DNA of 64,000 nt from Heteronotia binoei (Eukaryota): assembly GCF_032191835.1 (NCBI RefSeq), contig NC_083233.1, positions 41,044,001 through 41,108,000 on the forward strand. Reading direction: 5' to 3'. The notes under the pieces are model-generated. The model was not told where the DNA came from, did no database searches, and saw only the letters and a program-made list of their open reading frames with translations. The position numbers and the translations under genes were made by a program. The first letter of the stretch is position 1, and the number at the start of each line of letters is the position of its first letter. Of the stretch, positions 23,612 through 35,870 are shown piece after piece.

Positions 23612-25381
23612 TCTGTCCTTGATAATGCTTTCTACCAACCTTCCCAGTATTGAAGTCAGACTGACTGGCCTGTAATTTCCCGGATCTCCTCTGGAACCCT
23701 TTTTAAAGATGGGGGTGACATTTGCTACCTTCCAGTCCTCAGGAACGGAGGCAGATTACAGATTTTTGTCAAAAGATCCACAAGTTCAACTTTGAGTTCT
23801 TTCAGAACTCTCAGATGTATGCCATCTGGACCCGGTGACTTATTAGTTTTTAATTTGTCTATCAGTTGTAGGACCTCCTCTTTTGTCACCTCAATCTGAC
23901 TCAGGTCTTTCAACACCCCTTCTGAAATTAGTGGTTCTGGGGTGGGCAAAAAGTTCTCATCTTCCACAGTGAAGTCGAAGGCAAAAAATGCATTCAGCTT
24001 ATCAGCCATTTCCCTATCCTCCTTCAGTAATCCTTTGACCCCATGGTCATCCAAGGGCCCCACTGCCTCCCTGGCTGGTTTCCTACTTCTAATATATTTG
24101 AAGAAATTTTTATTGTTGGTCTTTATGTTTTTTGCAATATGCTCCTCATAGTCCCTTTTTGCCTGCCTGATCACAGTCTTGCATTTGATTTGCATTTGAT
24201 TTGCCACAGCCTGTGTTCCCTTTTACTAATCTCACTTGGACTGGTTTTCCACCTCTTAAAGGAGTCCTTCTTACCTTTTACAGCTTCCATTACTTTGTTT
24301 GTTAACCATGCAGGCCTTTTCTTATGCCTGTTTGTGCCTTTCCTAACTTGTGGTATGTATTTTATCTGAGCTTCTAGGATTATAGTTTTAAATAGTCTCC
24401 AAGCTTCCCCAAGGGTTTTGACCGTATTTACCTTTCCTTTCAGTTTCCTCCTCACATGCCTCCTCATCTCAGTGTATTTACCCCTTTTAAAGTTAAATGT
24501 GGTTGTGGTGGTCTTTTTGGACAACTCCCTATTTATACACACGGTGAAATCAATAACATTATGGTCACTGCTCCCAAGCGGCGCAATCACTTTTACATCT
24601 CTCACCAAGTCTTGGCCATTACTTAGGACCAAATCCAGGATCGCACCACCCCTGGTAGGTTCTGAGACCATCTGCTCCATAGCACAGTCATTGAGAGCAT
24701 CAAGAAACTCAATCTCTTTCTCTTGACCAGAACACATATTGACCCAATCAATCTGCGGATAGTTAAAATCACCTATTACGACACAGTTTTTACGTTTAGC
24801 CACTATCTTTAAGCCTTCCATCATATTATAATCGTCCTCTCTCTTTTGATTTGGTGGGCGATAACAAACTCCCTTAGTTAAATTTCCTTTTGGGCCCTCT
24901 ATTTCAATCCAAAGCATTTCTAAAAGGGAATCTAATTCTCTCACCTCAGTCTTACTGGATTGTATATCCTCTCTGACATACAGAGCCACCTCACCTCCAA
25001 CCCTTCCCTCCCTATCCTTCCGATATAACTTATATCCAGGAATCACCGTGTCCCACTGATTCTCCTCATTCCACCAAGTTTCTGAAATTCCCACAATGTC
25101 TATATTTTCTCCCAACACTAAGCATTCCAATTCACCAATTTTACTTCAAACACTTCTAGCATTTGCATAGAAACATCTATAATTTCCCAGGCAAGCTAGG
25201 CCCGCCACCTTCCTCCTGCCACCTCGAGACTCTGGCAGACAGTCCATACTGCTTGTCACCATCACAGTGGACAACTCTGATCCATTACCCAATAGAAAAA
25301 TAGCAGCCAACCCTTCATCTCTTTGAGACGAGTCCTCCCGAACCAGAGACATTTCATCTCCTGTCGGCTTTCCCCCAAGAT

Positions 25382-27010
25382 TTAGTTTAAAAACTGCTCT
25401 GCCACCTTTTTGATTTTAAGTGCCAGCAGCCTGGTTCCATCTGGGGACAAGTGGAGACCGTCTATTTTGTACAGCTCCCGCTTGTTCCAGAAAGCATCCC
25501 AGTGCCTAACAAACTTAAATCCTTCCTCCTTACACCATCGTCTCATCCACACATTGAGATTTCTAATTTGTGCCTGTCTCTCCTGCCCTGCACATGGAAC
25601 AGGTAGGACTTCCGAGAAGGCTACCTTGGAGGTCCTGGCCTTAAGTCTCCCACCTAGCAGCCTAAATTTTTCCTCCAGGACCTCACGACTGCATTTCCCC
25701 ACATCGTTGGTGCCAACATGCACCACGACCACAGACTCCTCCCCAGCACTGTCTATCAGCCTATCTACTACACGCGTAATGTCCGTTACCTTTGCACCAG
25801 GCAGGCAAGTCACCATACGGTCAGTACGCGGTTTCGCCACCCAGCTGTCTACTTGCCTAAGGATTGAATCACCAACTACCAAACCCCCCCTCTCCCCCTG
25901 CCCAGGGATGGTTCCTTGGTGCGAAAGGATTCCTGCTCACCAACCAAAGAAGAGGTCCCTTCTGAGGGCACATTCCCCTTATCCTCAGCACGGTGCCCTG
26001 TTTATTTATTTATTTATTTTATTCGATTTATATCCCGCCCTACCCCACCGAGGCGGGCTCAGGGCGGCTTACAACACAAAAACTAACAACTCAATTTAAA
26101 ATACATTAATAATACATTGATAATTATAATTATACAATAAAATACATATAAAATACAATACATAAAAACATGTAAAACTCACTTCAGTATGTATTATGCT
26201 ACCTTCTTTAAATCAATTCTTCAGTATTCCAGTATTAAAAATCTGATGTTTGAGATTTGAATATTCAGGCATTTTGATAACAATGAATTATATGCCAACC
26301 GGAAGAGGGCTGTTTTGCAGGCCCTGCGGAACTGTTCAAGGTTCCGCAGGGCCCTTACCTCCTCCAGGAGCTGATTCCACCAACAGGGAGCTGCAATCGA
26401 GAAGGCCCTGTCTCTGGTCACTTTCAGACGGGCCTCCTTTGGCCGAGGGATTGTAAGAAGGTTTTGGGACCCCGATCTCAGCACTCTCCGGGGAACATGT
26501 GGGGAGAGACGGTCCCTAAGGTAGGCAGGTCCCAGGCCATAAAGGGCTTTAAAGGTCATGACCAGCACCTTGTACCGAACTCGGTATGTTATCGGCAGCC
26601 GGGGAAGTCTCCGAAGCCCCGGCTGAATGTGCTCCCGCCTAGGGAGCCCTAACAACAGCCGGGCAGCGGCATTCTGCACTAGCTGCAACTTCCGGGTTCG
26701 GCACAGGGGCAGCCCCATGTAGAGGGCATTGCAGTAGTCTAACCTCGAGGTGACCCTCTTGACCCTCACGCTCTCTGGCAGCAACGGGGCTGCTACGTTC
26801 AGAGCGGGGCTCATCTAATACGCCCTCGAGAGTCTTCCCCAAGTGCTTAACTGACCGTCTCTGCTCCCCCAGGGCAGTCACCACAGCCTCAAGGGTACAA
26901 ACTCGTTCCCTGAGGACCAGGAGCTCCTTGCATTGAGCACACACCCAAGACTTCTGTCCTTTGGGCAGATAGTCGTACATGTGACACTCAGTGCAAAACA
27001 CTGGAAAGCC
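25382..27010 (-). pseudogene. CR1 ORF1 (zinc finger, leucine zipper, SGNH esterase), split by L2
   Basis: CTEC...CAQC and heptad LLVLRERVCTLEAVVTAL at 26760-27000; VVGDSILR, VHVGTNDVG, DGLHLSPDG at 25382-25882. Confidence 0.88.
26003..26753 (-). mobile_element. L2 LINE 3' fragment inserted in CR1 ORF1
   Basis: TSRLDYCNALYMGLP...RAFSIAAP; (TAAA)n tail. Removing it restores CR1 GGTGCCCTGTT|CCCTCTTGACC (in-frame GQEGTGH) with no TSD. Confidence 0.9.
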
Positions 27011-27020
27011 CCCACCCCCC

Positions 27021-27237
27021 NNNNNNNNNNNNNNNNNNNNNNNNNNNNNNNNNNNNNNNNNNNNNNNNNNNNNNNNNNNNNNNNNNNNNNNNNNNNNNNN
27101 NNNNNNNNNNNNNNNNNNNNNNNNNNNNNNNNNNNNNNNNNNNNNNNNNNNNNNNNNNNNNNNNNNNNNNNNNNNNNNNNNNNNNNNNNNNNNNNNNNNN
27201 NNNNNNNNNNNNNNNNNNNNNNNNNNNNNNNNNNNNN
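27021..27237. other. Assembly gap (N run)
   Basis: 217 N within the CR1 5' region. Confidence 1.
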
Positions 27238-28424
27238 TTTGTTTAAGTGGCTCCCCTTCTAGAGAGTCAACTTACCTTATTGGGAGAACAAGGAAGTCAG
27301 GGATCTGGGTTCCTGGTCCTTAGAGAGCCCCTAGGCCAAGAGCCACAGGCCAAGAGCCCTTCGGCTCGCTCCAAAGGCTCGCGCCTTTGGCAAGGCGCAG
27401 CTTAAAATGCAAAGAGGGTGGAGCAGAGGCACTCCTAAGCAATCAGCAGCAATCACTCTCAATCTCTTTCACTTTTAGCCCACTCAACCAAACAAAGAGC
27501 AGTTCCCCAGCTATCACAACTCAGAATTTTAGGCCGTCCCACAAACCTCAGAATGAAGTCTTTCAAAACTCAAATTCTCAGCAACTTCTCCAGCTGTCTC
27601 AGCTATGAGAGCTGCTGTGCTCTGTTCCGCTCCTCTCAGACCTCTGTGAGATGTTTTGGCTTGTCTTGTGTTTTCAAAATTTAAAATGTTTCTTGCATTG
27701 ATCTTTTTGTTGTGAATCTTCTTTTATTCTCAAGCTGTCTTTTATTTACTTCATTTATTGTTCTTCTTTCTTATCGAAACACAAAGAAGTAAGGGTTGTG
27801 CTTGGATTGGTTTCAATCTTTCCTTAAGGGCAGCACTCAGGAGCATTTGGTTGGAGGAAAGCTTTCCATGATGTGAGATGTGGGGTTCCACAAGGCTCAG
27901 CCTCCCCCCCCCCCACTCCAATGCTATTCAATCTTTAGATGGAACCCTTAAAATAGATCATCTGTGGTTTCTGAATAGGATATCAGTTTGCTGATAACAC
28001 CCAGCTCTACACCTCTTGGTCAGGAATGGAAGACTGGTGACCCACTGGAAGTTTTCCAATATATGAGGACTTTGGGAGGGTCCCCCCCCCCTCAAAAAAA
28101 AAAAGGTCTAATCTCTGCCTCCTTGAGCATGAGCAGCACAACTCCTGCTCTCAAGGAAGCATTACTGCTTCCCTTACCCACTCAGCCTGTCCCCCTCTGG
28201 CAGCTTTTATCAGCCAAGAAGGGCAAGGGTCGAGAATGCAGGTGGTAGGTCTCACCTGTCCAAGATCTTGTCCACATTCTTAGGATCCACAAGCTTATAA
28301 GGTATCCATATAATACATGGTTCAACACTCTCACTGACTGAGCCTGCAGTTGATACTGGATCCAGCTTTACAGCTCGAGAAGCAAGAAATGCAGTGTCAA
28401 AAAGGCATTCTACCAACTCTTGAT

Positions 28425-28720
28425 TTAGTTGATCTGGCCATGTGGATCCATACTATAGTTACTTCAAGGCTAGACTACTGTAATGCACTCTAGATGGGTC
28501 TGACCTTAAAGTCATCTCAGAAACTCCTTTTGGTATAGAATGCCATGGCAGCTATTGGGTGCTAAGCAGAATTTGTATATCACACCCATTCTGCAGACAC
28601 TCCATTTGATTACTAGGTTGGGTTCAAGGTTTTAGCTATCACTCACAAAGTCCTTAAAGACACTGGACCGACATACCTGCAGAACTGCCTCTCCTGCTAA
28701 GCTCTGTTTCATCTGAGCAA
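28425..28720 (+). mobile_element. Old L2 RT C-terminal fragment
   Basis: ACTTCAAGGCTAGACTACTGTAATGCACTC (TSRLDYCNAL) and GGACCGACATACCTGCAGAACTGCCTCTCC motifs, heavily degenerate. Confidence 0.65.
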
Positions 28721-31449
28721 AGCCCTTTCAAGTTGCCACTCAGCACTGCAAATTGGCAAAATCTTCAACTGCCCATTCATACATTTATTTTTTGTGGTGG
28801 CTCTGTAAGAAAAAGCGCCCTACTTTTCATACACATGGACATCGTGATCACCAGTATGGTTGCCAGGGTGCCTGGAGTTTTGACTCGCACACATCTGCTC
28901 TAAGAAGTGGACTTTGCCCACGATTTCTAAGGCTTATGTGGATACTATAAGCCTCAGCTTTGCAGCAGCATTCTACATCTCTGGATGGGTGTTAGCCAGA
29001 ACTACAGACGAGCTTCCAGCTGCTCTTTGTGCCCAATCTTGGCCGCTGCAGTGGAAGAAACCACGCCACCATGAACTGTACAGGCAAACAGTTTCCAGCC
29101 TGTTTCCATGAACCAAAGGCTAATACCACCAGAATCCATCTTGTTTTCCTGACTCCATTACAGCAAAGCAAGAAACTCACGTATGCAATAGCTGCTTCAA
29201 CTTCTGCATAAGGCAATCAAGCTTTTCTTAGGCATGGATCCTGCCAGACCACCTAAGCCTTTGTCCAACAGAACTAAGGACAAAGACTGGTGTCAAGAAG
29301 AACTCTGAAGAAGAGGAAGGCCATCTTCAGCCAGAGCCAAGTTCCTTTGTGTAAACCAGGTGTTACCTTAGGTAGCAATTTGGCCATCTATTGTCACCTT
29401 TTTAGATAAGTTTGGTAAACTCAAGCACACCTCCACCCAGTAATTTCCCCCATTCTTTTCCCCATTTTGGAGCCTCACCCTGGTCCATTGCAACCTGAAA
29501 GTCCAACCAGGTACCCCTGGACCAAGCTTGTTCATTGGTCAGTCATGGGCACCCAATTAGGTGCCACCAATTAACTTGCTATTGGCTACTGCAGAAGTCC
29601 AGCCCTTATGGTCACTGCAGAGCCTTCCCTTTTCTGAGGTCATGTACCAGCTGACCACCTATAATCCACCCCTGTGCCTCCCTTCTCCTAAGGGCTCAAG
29701 GTAGTCTATATAACCTGTAACACAGCTCCCCACATGTGTGCATCTAGCAGTACCCCAGTTCCACTGTCTAGATCCATCCCTGATTCCTGATCAGTTTTGG
29801 GTCCATTTCCCCCATCCTCTATCGTCGCCACTGGAGCCTTCTTGAAGACTATGATTGGTAATTATCACCCTTTGTCTACCCATATGTTGTCTCTATATCT
29901 ATATATTTCCTAGGACTGTATGAATGATTTTATGAGTATTTTATCTTGTATGCAAGCCTATATTTTTCTGGAATGAATTGTAATTGTTTTACTTAATTAG
30001 AGTCCCTAATATTAATTTCTGAACGTGGAATCCTGTATACACAGGTGAAAGATCCTGATTAAGCCAGGTGCCCACCTGACAATTCCCCAACCTCGTTTTG
30101 AGGTTATTTTGGCTTACAGCTCCCACATTATGTTATGATCTGCCTGTTACTATTAAGAAGGTCACAACTATTTCTGCATTTTGCAAAATGTTCAAAATGG
30201 AGAGCATTCTTTTAGAGGGACCAGAGCTGTGGTGCAATGAGTCAGCTTAGAATGTGACTTCTATTAGAGATACCATTTACCTACAGTGATTGGCTTGTTG
30301 CCCTGAACAGTTATTTTTGCTTGTGTTGTTCCCATGGTTGGCAAGTGGGAGTAGGAAGGTAGATGGCTGCCTGTGGCACCACCTCACCTACAGGGTGCTG
30401 CCAGGTGCCCCTTCACTCCGCCCTGTAGCTCTCAGCTTCCCATGGCTCACCTGCAGTCTCCACTCTCAGCTTTCTTGAGTCTGCCCGAGAAAGCTGAGAG
30501 TGGAGGCTGCATCTCCGAGAGAGCACTGCGTGGCTCTGCCAGAGTCCACTCTGCTCTCCCTTGCTGTGTTGCCATGCCCTCCCTCCCTGCAGGCGGGGGT
30601 GCTGAAGTAGCGGTGGGGGAGGCGCGGGGAGGGGGGCATGGGTCAGGTGCCGGCCTGGGGCACCTGAAGCCCTAGAACTGAGCCTGTTTGTTTCTTTCTA
30701 GTTTTTCAGTCTTGACCCAAACACATACTTTTGTTTTAGTAGGAATCTTTGCTGTTTAAATGTTGTTATCTTATTTTGTAATGAGCTCACTGATTGACTG
30801 AATGGTTCTTATCATACTTACAATTTGCCTTGAGTCCCAGTGAGAAAGACAGACTATAAATGAAAAGGAATACATAAATAAATGATAATATTAATGATGA
30901 TGGTGATGATGCACAATTAAAAATAATGAAATAAGAACAGTGTAATCCAATTAAAAACCATGCAAATAAACAGTTTCTGGTTGAGAGATCGAGACTGACG
31001 TAAACTCAGCACTGTATGTCCCATGTGACCTCAGGGACTTGCATCAAAGAAGAGACAATTAGATAGACAGAGACACACAATACAGTCCTGTTACACTTGA
31101 GTTTCTGTTATATACAGTCCACAGTCTGTGCTGCTTGATGCTGTGGCCTCTTGAACTGAGAAGAAATGCTAGTTTTGGAGTTTTCTGTCTTGGACCATAA
31201 CATAAAACCCTGATACAGGATAAAACATACAGCAAACAATACAATCACTATATAAGCCCCCACAAAAAATAAACTTTAATTCCCAAGGTGTGTGTGTTAT
31301 GTGCTGTCAAGTTGTTTCTGACTTATGGTGAGCCTATGAATTAATTACATGTTGGGACTTCCTCTGCAGCCTTGAACTTTTCCTAGCATTATTGTCTTTT
31401 CCAGTGAGTTTTGGCTTCTCATGTGTCCAAAGCCTCAGTTGACTCTACA

Positions 31450-31655
31450 ACATATGAACATATGAAGCTGCCTTATACTGAATCAGACCCTTAGTCCATC
31501 AAAGTCAGTATTGTCTACTCAGACTGGCAGCGGCTCTCCAGGGTCTCAAGCTGAGGTTTTTCACACCTTTTTGCCTGGACCCTTTTTGGGAGATGCCAGG
31601 GATTGAACCTGGGACCTTCTGCTTACCAAGCAGATGCTCTACCACTGAGCCACTG
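31450..31655 (-). mobile_element. tRNA-head SINE with CR1-like 3' tail
   Basis: Head GTGGCTCAGTGGTAGAGC...GGTTCAATCCC; tail CTGATTCAGTATAAGGCAGCTTCATATGTTCATATG resembling the CR1 end. Confidence 0.8.
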
Positions 31656-31924
31656 TCCCCCCCCCCCACAACTGATATCAAGTTGTAGAGTGCCAGCTAT
31701 GCTGTCAAAATCAGATTTTGTGGCAGAAATCTGGAGTTTGAGTTTACAGGTTAGGCAGTGGGGCTCAAGAGTAAATTGTAGCTTTGCTTTAGCAGGGTAT
31801 GTTGATACCTAAATGATTCCCCCCACCCACCCATGATGGGATCATCAGAGTCTAAAGTTATCCAACTGACCCATAAATTAGAAATACTTGAACACCTGCT
31901 AATTCAGGTCACATCCTGCTTAAC

Positions 31925-32129
31925 TAGGGTTTCCAGCTGTGTTGGGAAATTTCAGGAGATCGGGAGGGTGGAGCCTGAGAAGGGAAAGGAGAGACTTCAA
32001 CGGAGTATAATGCCATAGAGTCCACCCTCCAAAACAGCCATTTTCTCCAGGTGATCTGACCTCTCTTCCCTGGAGATCAGTTGTAATCCCAGGAGGTCTC
32101 CAGACACCACCTGGAGGTTGGCAAGCCTA
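31925..32129. mobile_element. hAT Blackjack-type MITE (~205 bp family)
   Basis: TIRs TAGGGTTTCCA / TGGCAAGCCTA; degenerate TSD TGCTTAAC/TGTTCAAC. Confidence 0.7.
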
Positions 32130-32648
32130 TGTTCAACAATCACAGCCAGGCACCCGGTGGTTGATGGGCCATTTGTTTGTTTGTCCACCTGTTGGTGGAT
32201 CATCAGCATTCCTTCTTAACAATGCAATACTGTGCAATCAGCTTTTCACATATTTGCATCCCCACATAGCTTGATGGAGTTTTACTTCCTCCCACCTTAG
32301 ATGCTCCACTGTTTGCTCAACAGGCAATTTTTAAATAGACAGTTAAATCAGTCATAAATAAATATCAAGTTAAAAGAAAAAAAAACTCACACCATTTGGT
32401 GCTCATCTAGGCAGTCCCTAACACAATGAATGGCTTCTGATCTGTTTGGTTTGGCAGCCTTTTTGCATCTGTGTAGTTCTGCAGAAACCAGATGTAAACC
32501 TGTTCAGCAGATGTTCAAATCATTCAGATCCCATGATTGGCTCACATCTGATTGCGTGTTGAACATGTTGCTGGGGTATTTACAGAATCTCTATGATAAA
32601 ATATCCATGGAGGTCACTGTCTGCTGCCTCAGGAACTTCCCCAGTCTC

Positions 32649-32895
32649 CCAGTATAGTGCAGTGATTAAGAGTGATGCACTCTAATCTGGAGAACCAGGT
32701 TTGATTCCCCGCTCATCCACATAATGCCAGCTGGGTGGCCTTGAGTCAGTCATAGTTCTCTCAGAACTCTCTCAGCCTCAACTACCTCACAGGGTGGCTA
32801 TTGTGGAGAGAGGAAGAGAAGGCGATAGCAAGCCACTTTGAGACTCCTTCCTGTAGTGAAAGGCGGGGTATAAAAAAACAACTCTTCTTCTTTTT
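32649..32895 (+). mobile_element. tRNA-derived SINE (Squam3-like), full-length
   Basis: A/B boxes (GCAGTGATTAAGAG...GGTTTGATTCCCC), shared body, GGCGGGGTATAAA end and CTT tail. Confidence 0.8.
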
Positions 32896-34393
32896 CTGAG
32901 TTGTGTGGGGCTCCACTGCACACACCCCCACACACACACCAAGTTTGAACCTTCAATGGCAACTCAGATTACTAGTTTCTGGTACCAGGGTTGCAGATGT
33001 ATTTAACATAAAACGAATAATCCATATGTCTTGATACATGCAGTTAGGCATTATCAAAATTGCAGATTAAAAAAATTAAATTATTTTGTACATTTGAGCT
33101 TACTCTGGAGGGAGGGGGAGAGAAATTATTCATCTGGTGGTTTTTTTCCCCTTGCAACTTAGTAACCACACTTTCTTGTCTCTCCACAAAAACTTAGCAG
33201 CATCTCTCTGACACACACTTATACATGCACACTGCAAGAACGCCATCTGTCCCTTCTTGAACACCATGCTGCTGGCACAATTGAAAACCCAAATTTGGAA
33301 GCAGAGCATGGAGACAGGGGGACAAGTCATATTAGCAGTGACTTGCCAATTGCTACGGCAAGATAGCAGATGAGTGTTTTGCTATACAGTGGAGGTTTCT
33401 TTAAGTGGCCAGGATGGAACTGATTTCCCTCACAGTTGCATCTCAGCTGGAGTGGCTAGTGATGGTACGTGCATCCTCCCTTGACAAGCCAATTCCAAAT
33501 GCCATCCAGGCTCGGCCTTGGCAACCGTTTCTATAAAGCCATGTTTTCTTCCTCCTCTGCTCAGCAAACCCCTGAATGAAATAGCAACAGAAATGAAATG
33601 ATTAAGCCAAAGAGAATAGCACAGCATCTCGTTTTGGAAGTCAAGGAATATTCAGATCTTTCAGTGCAAAAATATACAGGCCATTAACAGCTAGAAAGCA
33701 CTTTTATGGAAAGGTTACTGACTCCTCCCAAGGAAAACATTCTAAGTGAACAATAGAGCTGTTCTAAGCTGAGTCACACCCTTCTAAGTCCACTATCTTC
33801 AAAGCTGCAGCTCTCCTTATGATGCTCCCATTTGGTCCTTTTCATACAGACTCTTTAAACCCGCTTTGGCTTCTGAAGGCAAGCGGATTCTTTTCTTTTA
33901 AGATTTCACAGAACTAAAGGATGGAGAGAAACAAAAACAAAAGGATCAAAATAGGTTTTGGAAACCCCAAATTAAAGCTTCATTAACTATGGGAGGACAA
34001 CACTTTATTCTTGCTTGTGAGTGTTGGGTGCTGTCAAGTCGCTTTGGACTTATGGTGACCCTATGAATTAGTGACCTCCAAAACATCCTATCATTAACTA
34101 GCCTTGCTTAGGTCTTGTGTGGCTTCCTTTGTGGAGTCAGTTAAGGGTTTTAGCCTTAAGGTGTGTGAAACAGGGGGGGACCTGCCTTCCTATACCAAAG
34201 TGGGTGAAAGAGTCCTCAGGAAAGAGACATTTATTGTCTGATGCCCTGCTGTAAGGCAATCATACCATTTGCTAGATTTGGGGCACTCAAACTCCCATTA
34301 TTTAATGTATTATTATAGTTCTGCCCCCATGGAGGTAATATTTTCATCTGCTGCAATAGACATCAAAATATTGTATCCTGTTCTTCAGTTTAC

Positions 34394-34525
34394 NNNNNNN
34401 NNNNNNNNNNNNNNNNNNNNNNNNNNNNNNNNNNNNNNNNNNNNNNNNNNNNNNNNNNNNNNNNNNNNNNNNNNNNNNNNNNNNNNNNNNNNNNNNNNNN
34501 NNNNNNNNNNNNNNNNNNNNNNNNN
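34394..34525. other. Assembly gap (N run)
   Basis: 132 N at the L2 3' tail. Confidence 1.
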
Positions 34526-35870
34526 TGAAGCGGGCTCAGGGCGGCTCACAGGACATGGCATATACCATGATTACAATAAAATACAATCATTACTATAAAA
34601 GACAATTAAAACATAGTAAAATTACATTCAAATTAAGTTAAATAAGCAATTAAAATATTATAGGTTACAAATTAAAGTGCTACAGTTCGATATATGTATA
34701 GGATGGCTAGGTGTCATTACCCGGGTTCCATCTTAAACGCAAGTTGGTAGAGGATGGTTTTGCAAGCCCTGCGAAACTGATTTAGGTGTCGCAGGGCTCG
34801 CACCTCCTCTGGTAGTTGATTCCACCACTGGGGAGTCATTGTAGAGAAGGCCTGCTCACTCATTGTTTTCAGTCTGGCCTCCCTTGGTTCAGGGATTTGT
34901 AGAAGATTTTGGGAACTAGATCTCAGTGCTCTCTGGGGAACGTATGGAGAGAGGCGGTCCCTAAGGTAGGCAGGTCCTCGGCCATATAGGGCTTTAAAGG
35001 TAATAACCAGCACCTTGTAATGAACTCAGTACACAATTGGCAGCCAATGCAGCTCCCGCAGCCTAGGCTGTACATGTTCCCACCGTGGTAGTCCCACTAA
35101 CAGCCTGGCCACTGCATTCTGCACTACTGTAGTTTCTGCGTTCGGTACAAGGGCAGCCCCATGTAGAGGGCATTACAGTAGTCCAGCCTCGAGGTGACCG
35201 TTGCATGGATCACAGTTGCCAGGTCGCTATGTTCCAAGAAGGGGGCCAACTGCCTTGCCCTCCTAAGGTGGAAAAAGGCGGATTTAGCAGTGGCAGCTAT
35301 CTGGGCCTCCATTGTCAAGGAAGGCTCCAGTAGCACTCCCAAGCTCTTGACCCTGCGCACTGGTATCAGTGATGCACCGTCAAAAGTTGGTAGGGAGATC
35401 TCCCCTCCTGGCCCGCCGCGACCTACGTAAAGGACCTCTGTCTTTGCTGGATTCAGCTTCAGCCCAATCAGCCTGAGCCAACCCGCCACGGCTTGCAACG
35501 CCCAGCCCAGATTTATAGGGACATCGTCAGTCCGGCCGTCCATCAATAGATAGAGCTGGGTGTCATCAGCATACTGGTGGCAACCCAGCCCATACCTCCG
35601 GGCAATCTGGGCAAAGGGGCGCATGTAGATGTTAAACAACATCGGGGAGAGGACTGCCCCCTGAGGCACCCCACAATTAAGTAGGTGTCTCTGGGACAGC
35701 TCTCCTCCAATCGCCACCCTTTGTCCCCGACCTTCAAGGAAGGAGGAGAGCCACTGTAAGGCTAGCTCCCGAATTCCTGCGTTGGTGAGGCGGCGGGTCA
35801 GCAGCCGACGGTCGACCACATCGAACGCAGCCGATAGGTCTAACAGCAGCAGTACCGCCGAGCCGCCTCG
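34526..35870 (-). mobile_element. L2 LINE, 5'-truncated
   Basis: RT motifs GVPQGAVLSP, YADDTQLY, TSRLDYCNAL; internal stop near 35124; the 3' end runs into the gap. Confidence 0.9.

Larger units (their letters stand above)
20811..25352 (-). pseudogene. CR1 ORF2 (endonuclease + RT), fragmented
   Basis: CFYANARS, GISETWW, GVCYRPP, GDFNYP, SDHNVI (APE); KSPGPDGIH, QHGFCKGRSC, YLDFQKAFD, GVPQGSVLGP, FADDTKL, EKVQKRATRMI (RT). Split by the L2 at 21803-23371. Confidence 0.9.
20686..27430 (-). mobile_element. CR1 LINE, near full-length, interrupted by two L2 insertions and an assembly gap
   Basis: (TTCTTATG)n tail at 20686-20702; ORF2 RT and APE endonuclease; ORF1 zinc finger plus esterase; putative 5' UTR beyond the gap. 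The 5' boundary is approximate. Confidence 0.92.

Noticed and set aside
28850-30170. Possible old retroelement internal sequence or LTR
   Set aside because: No diagnostic motif or termini could be identified by eye.
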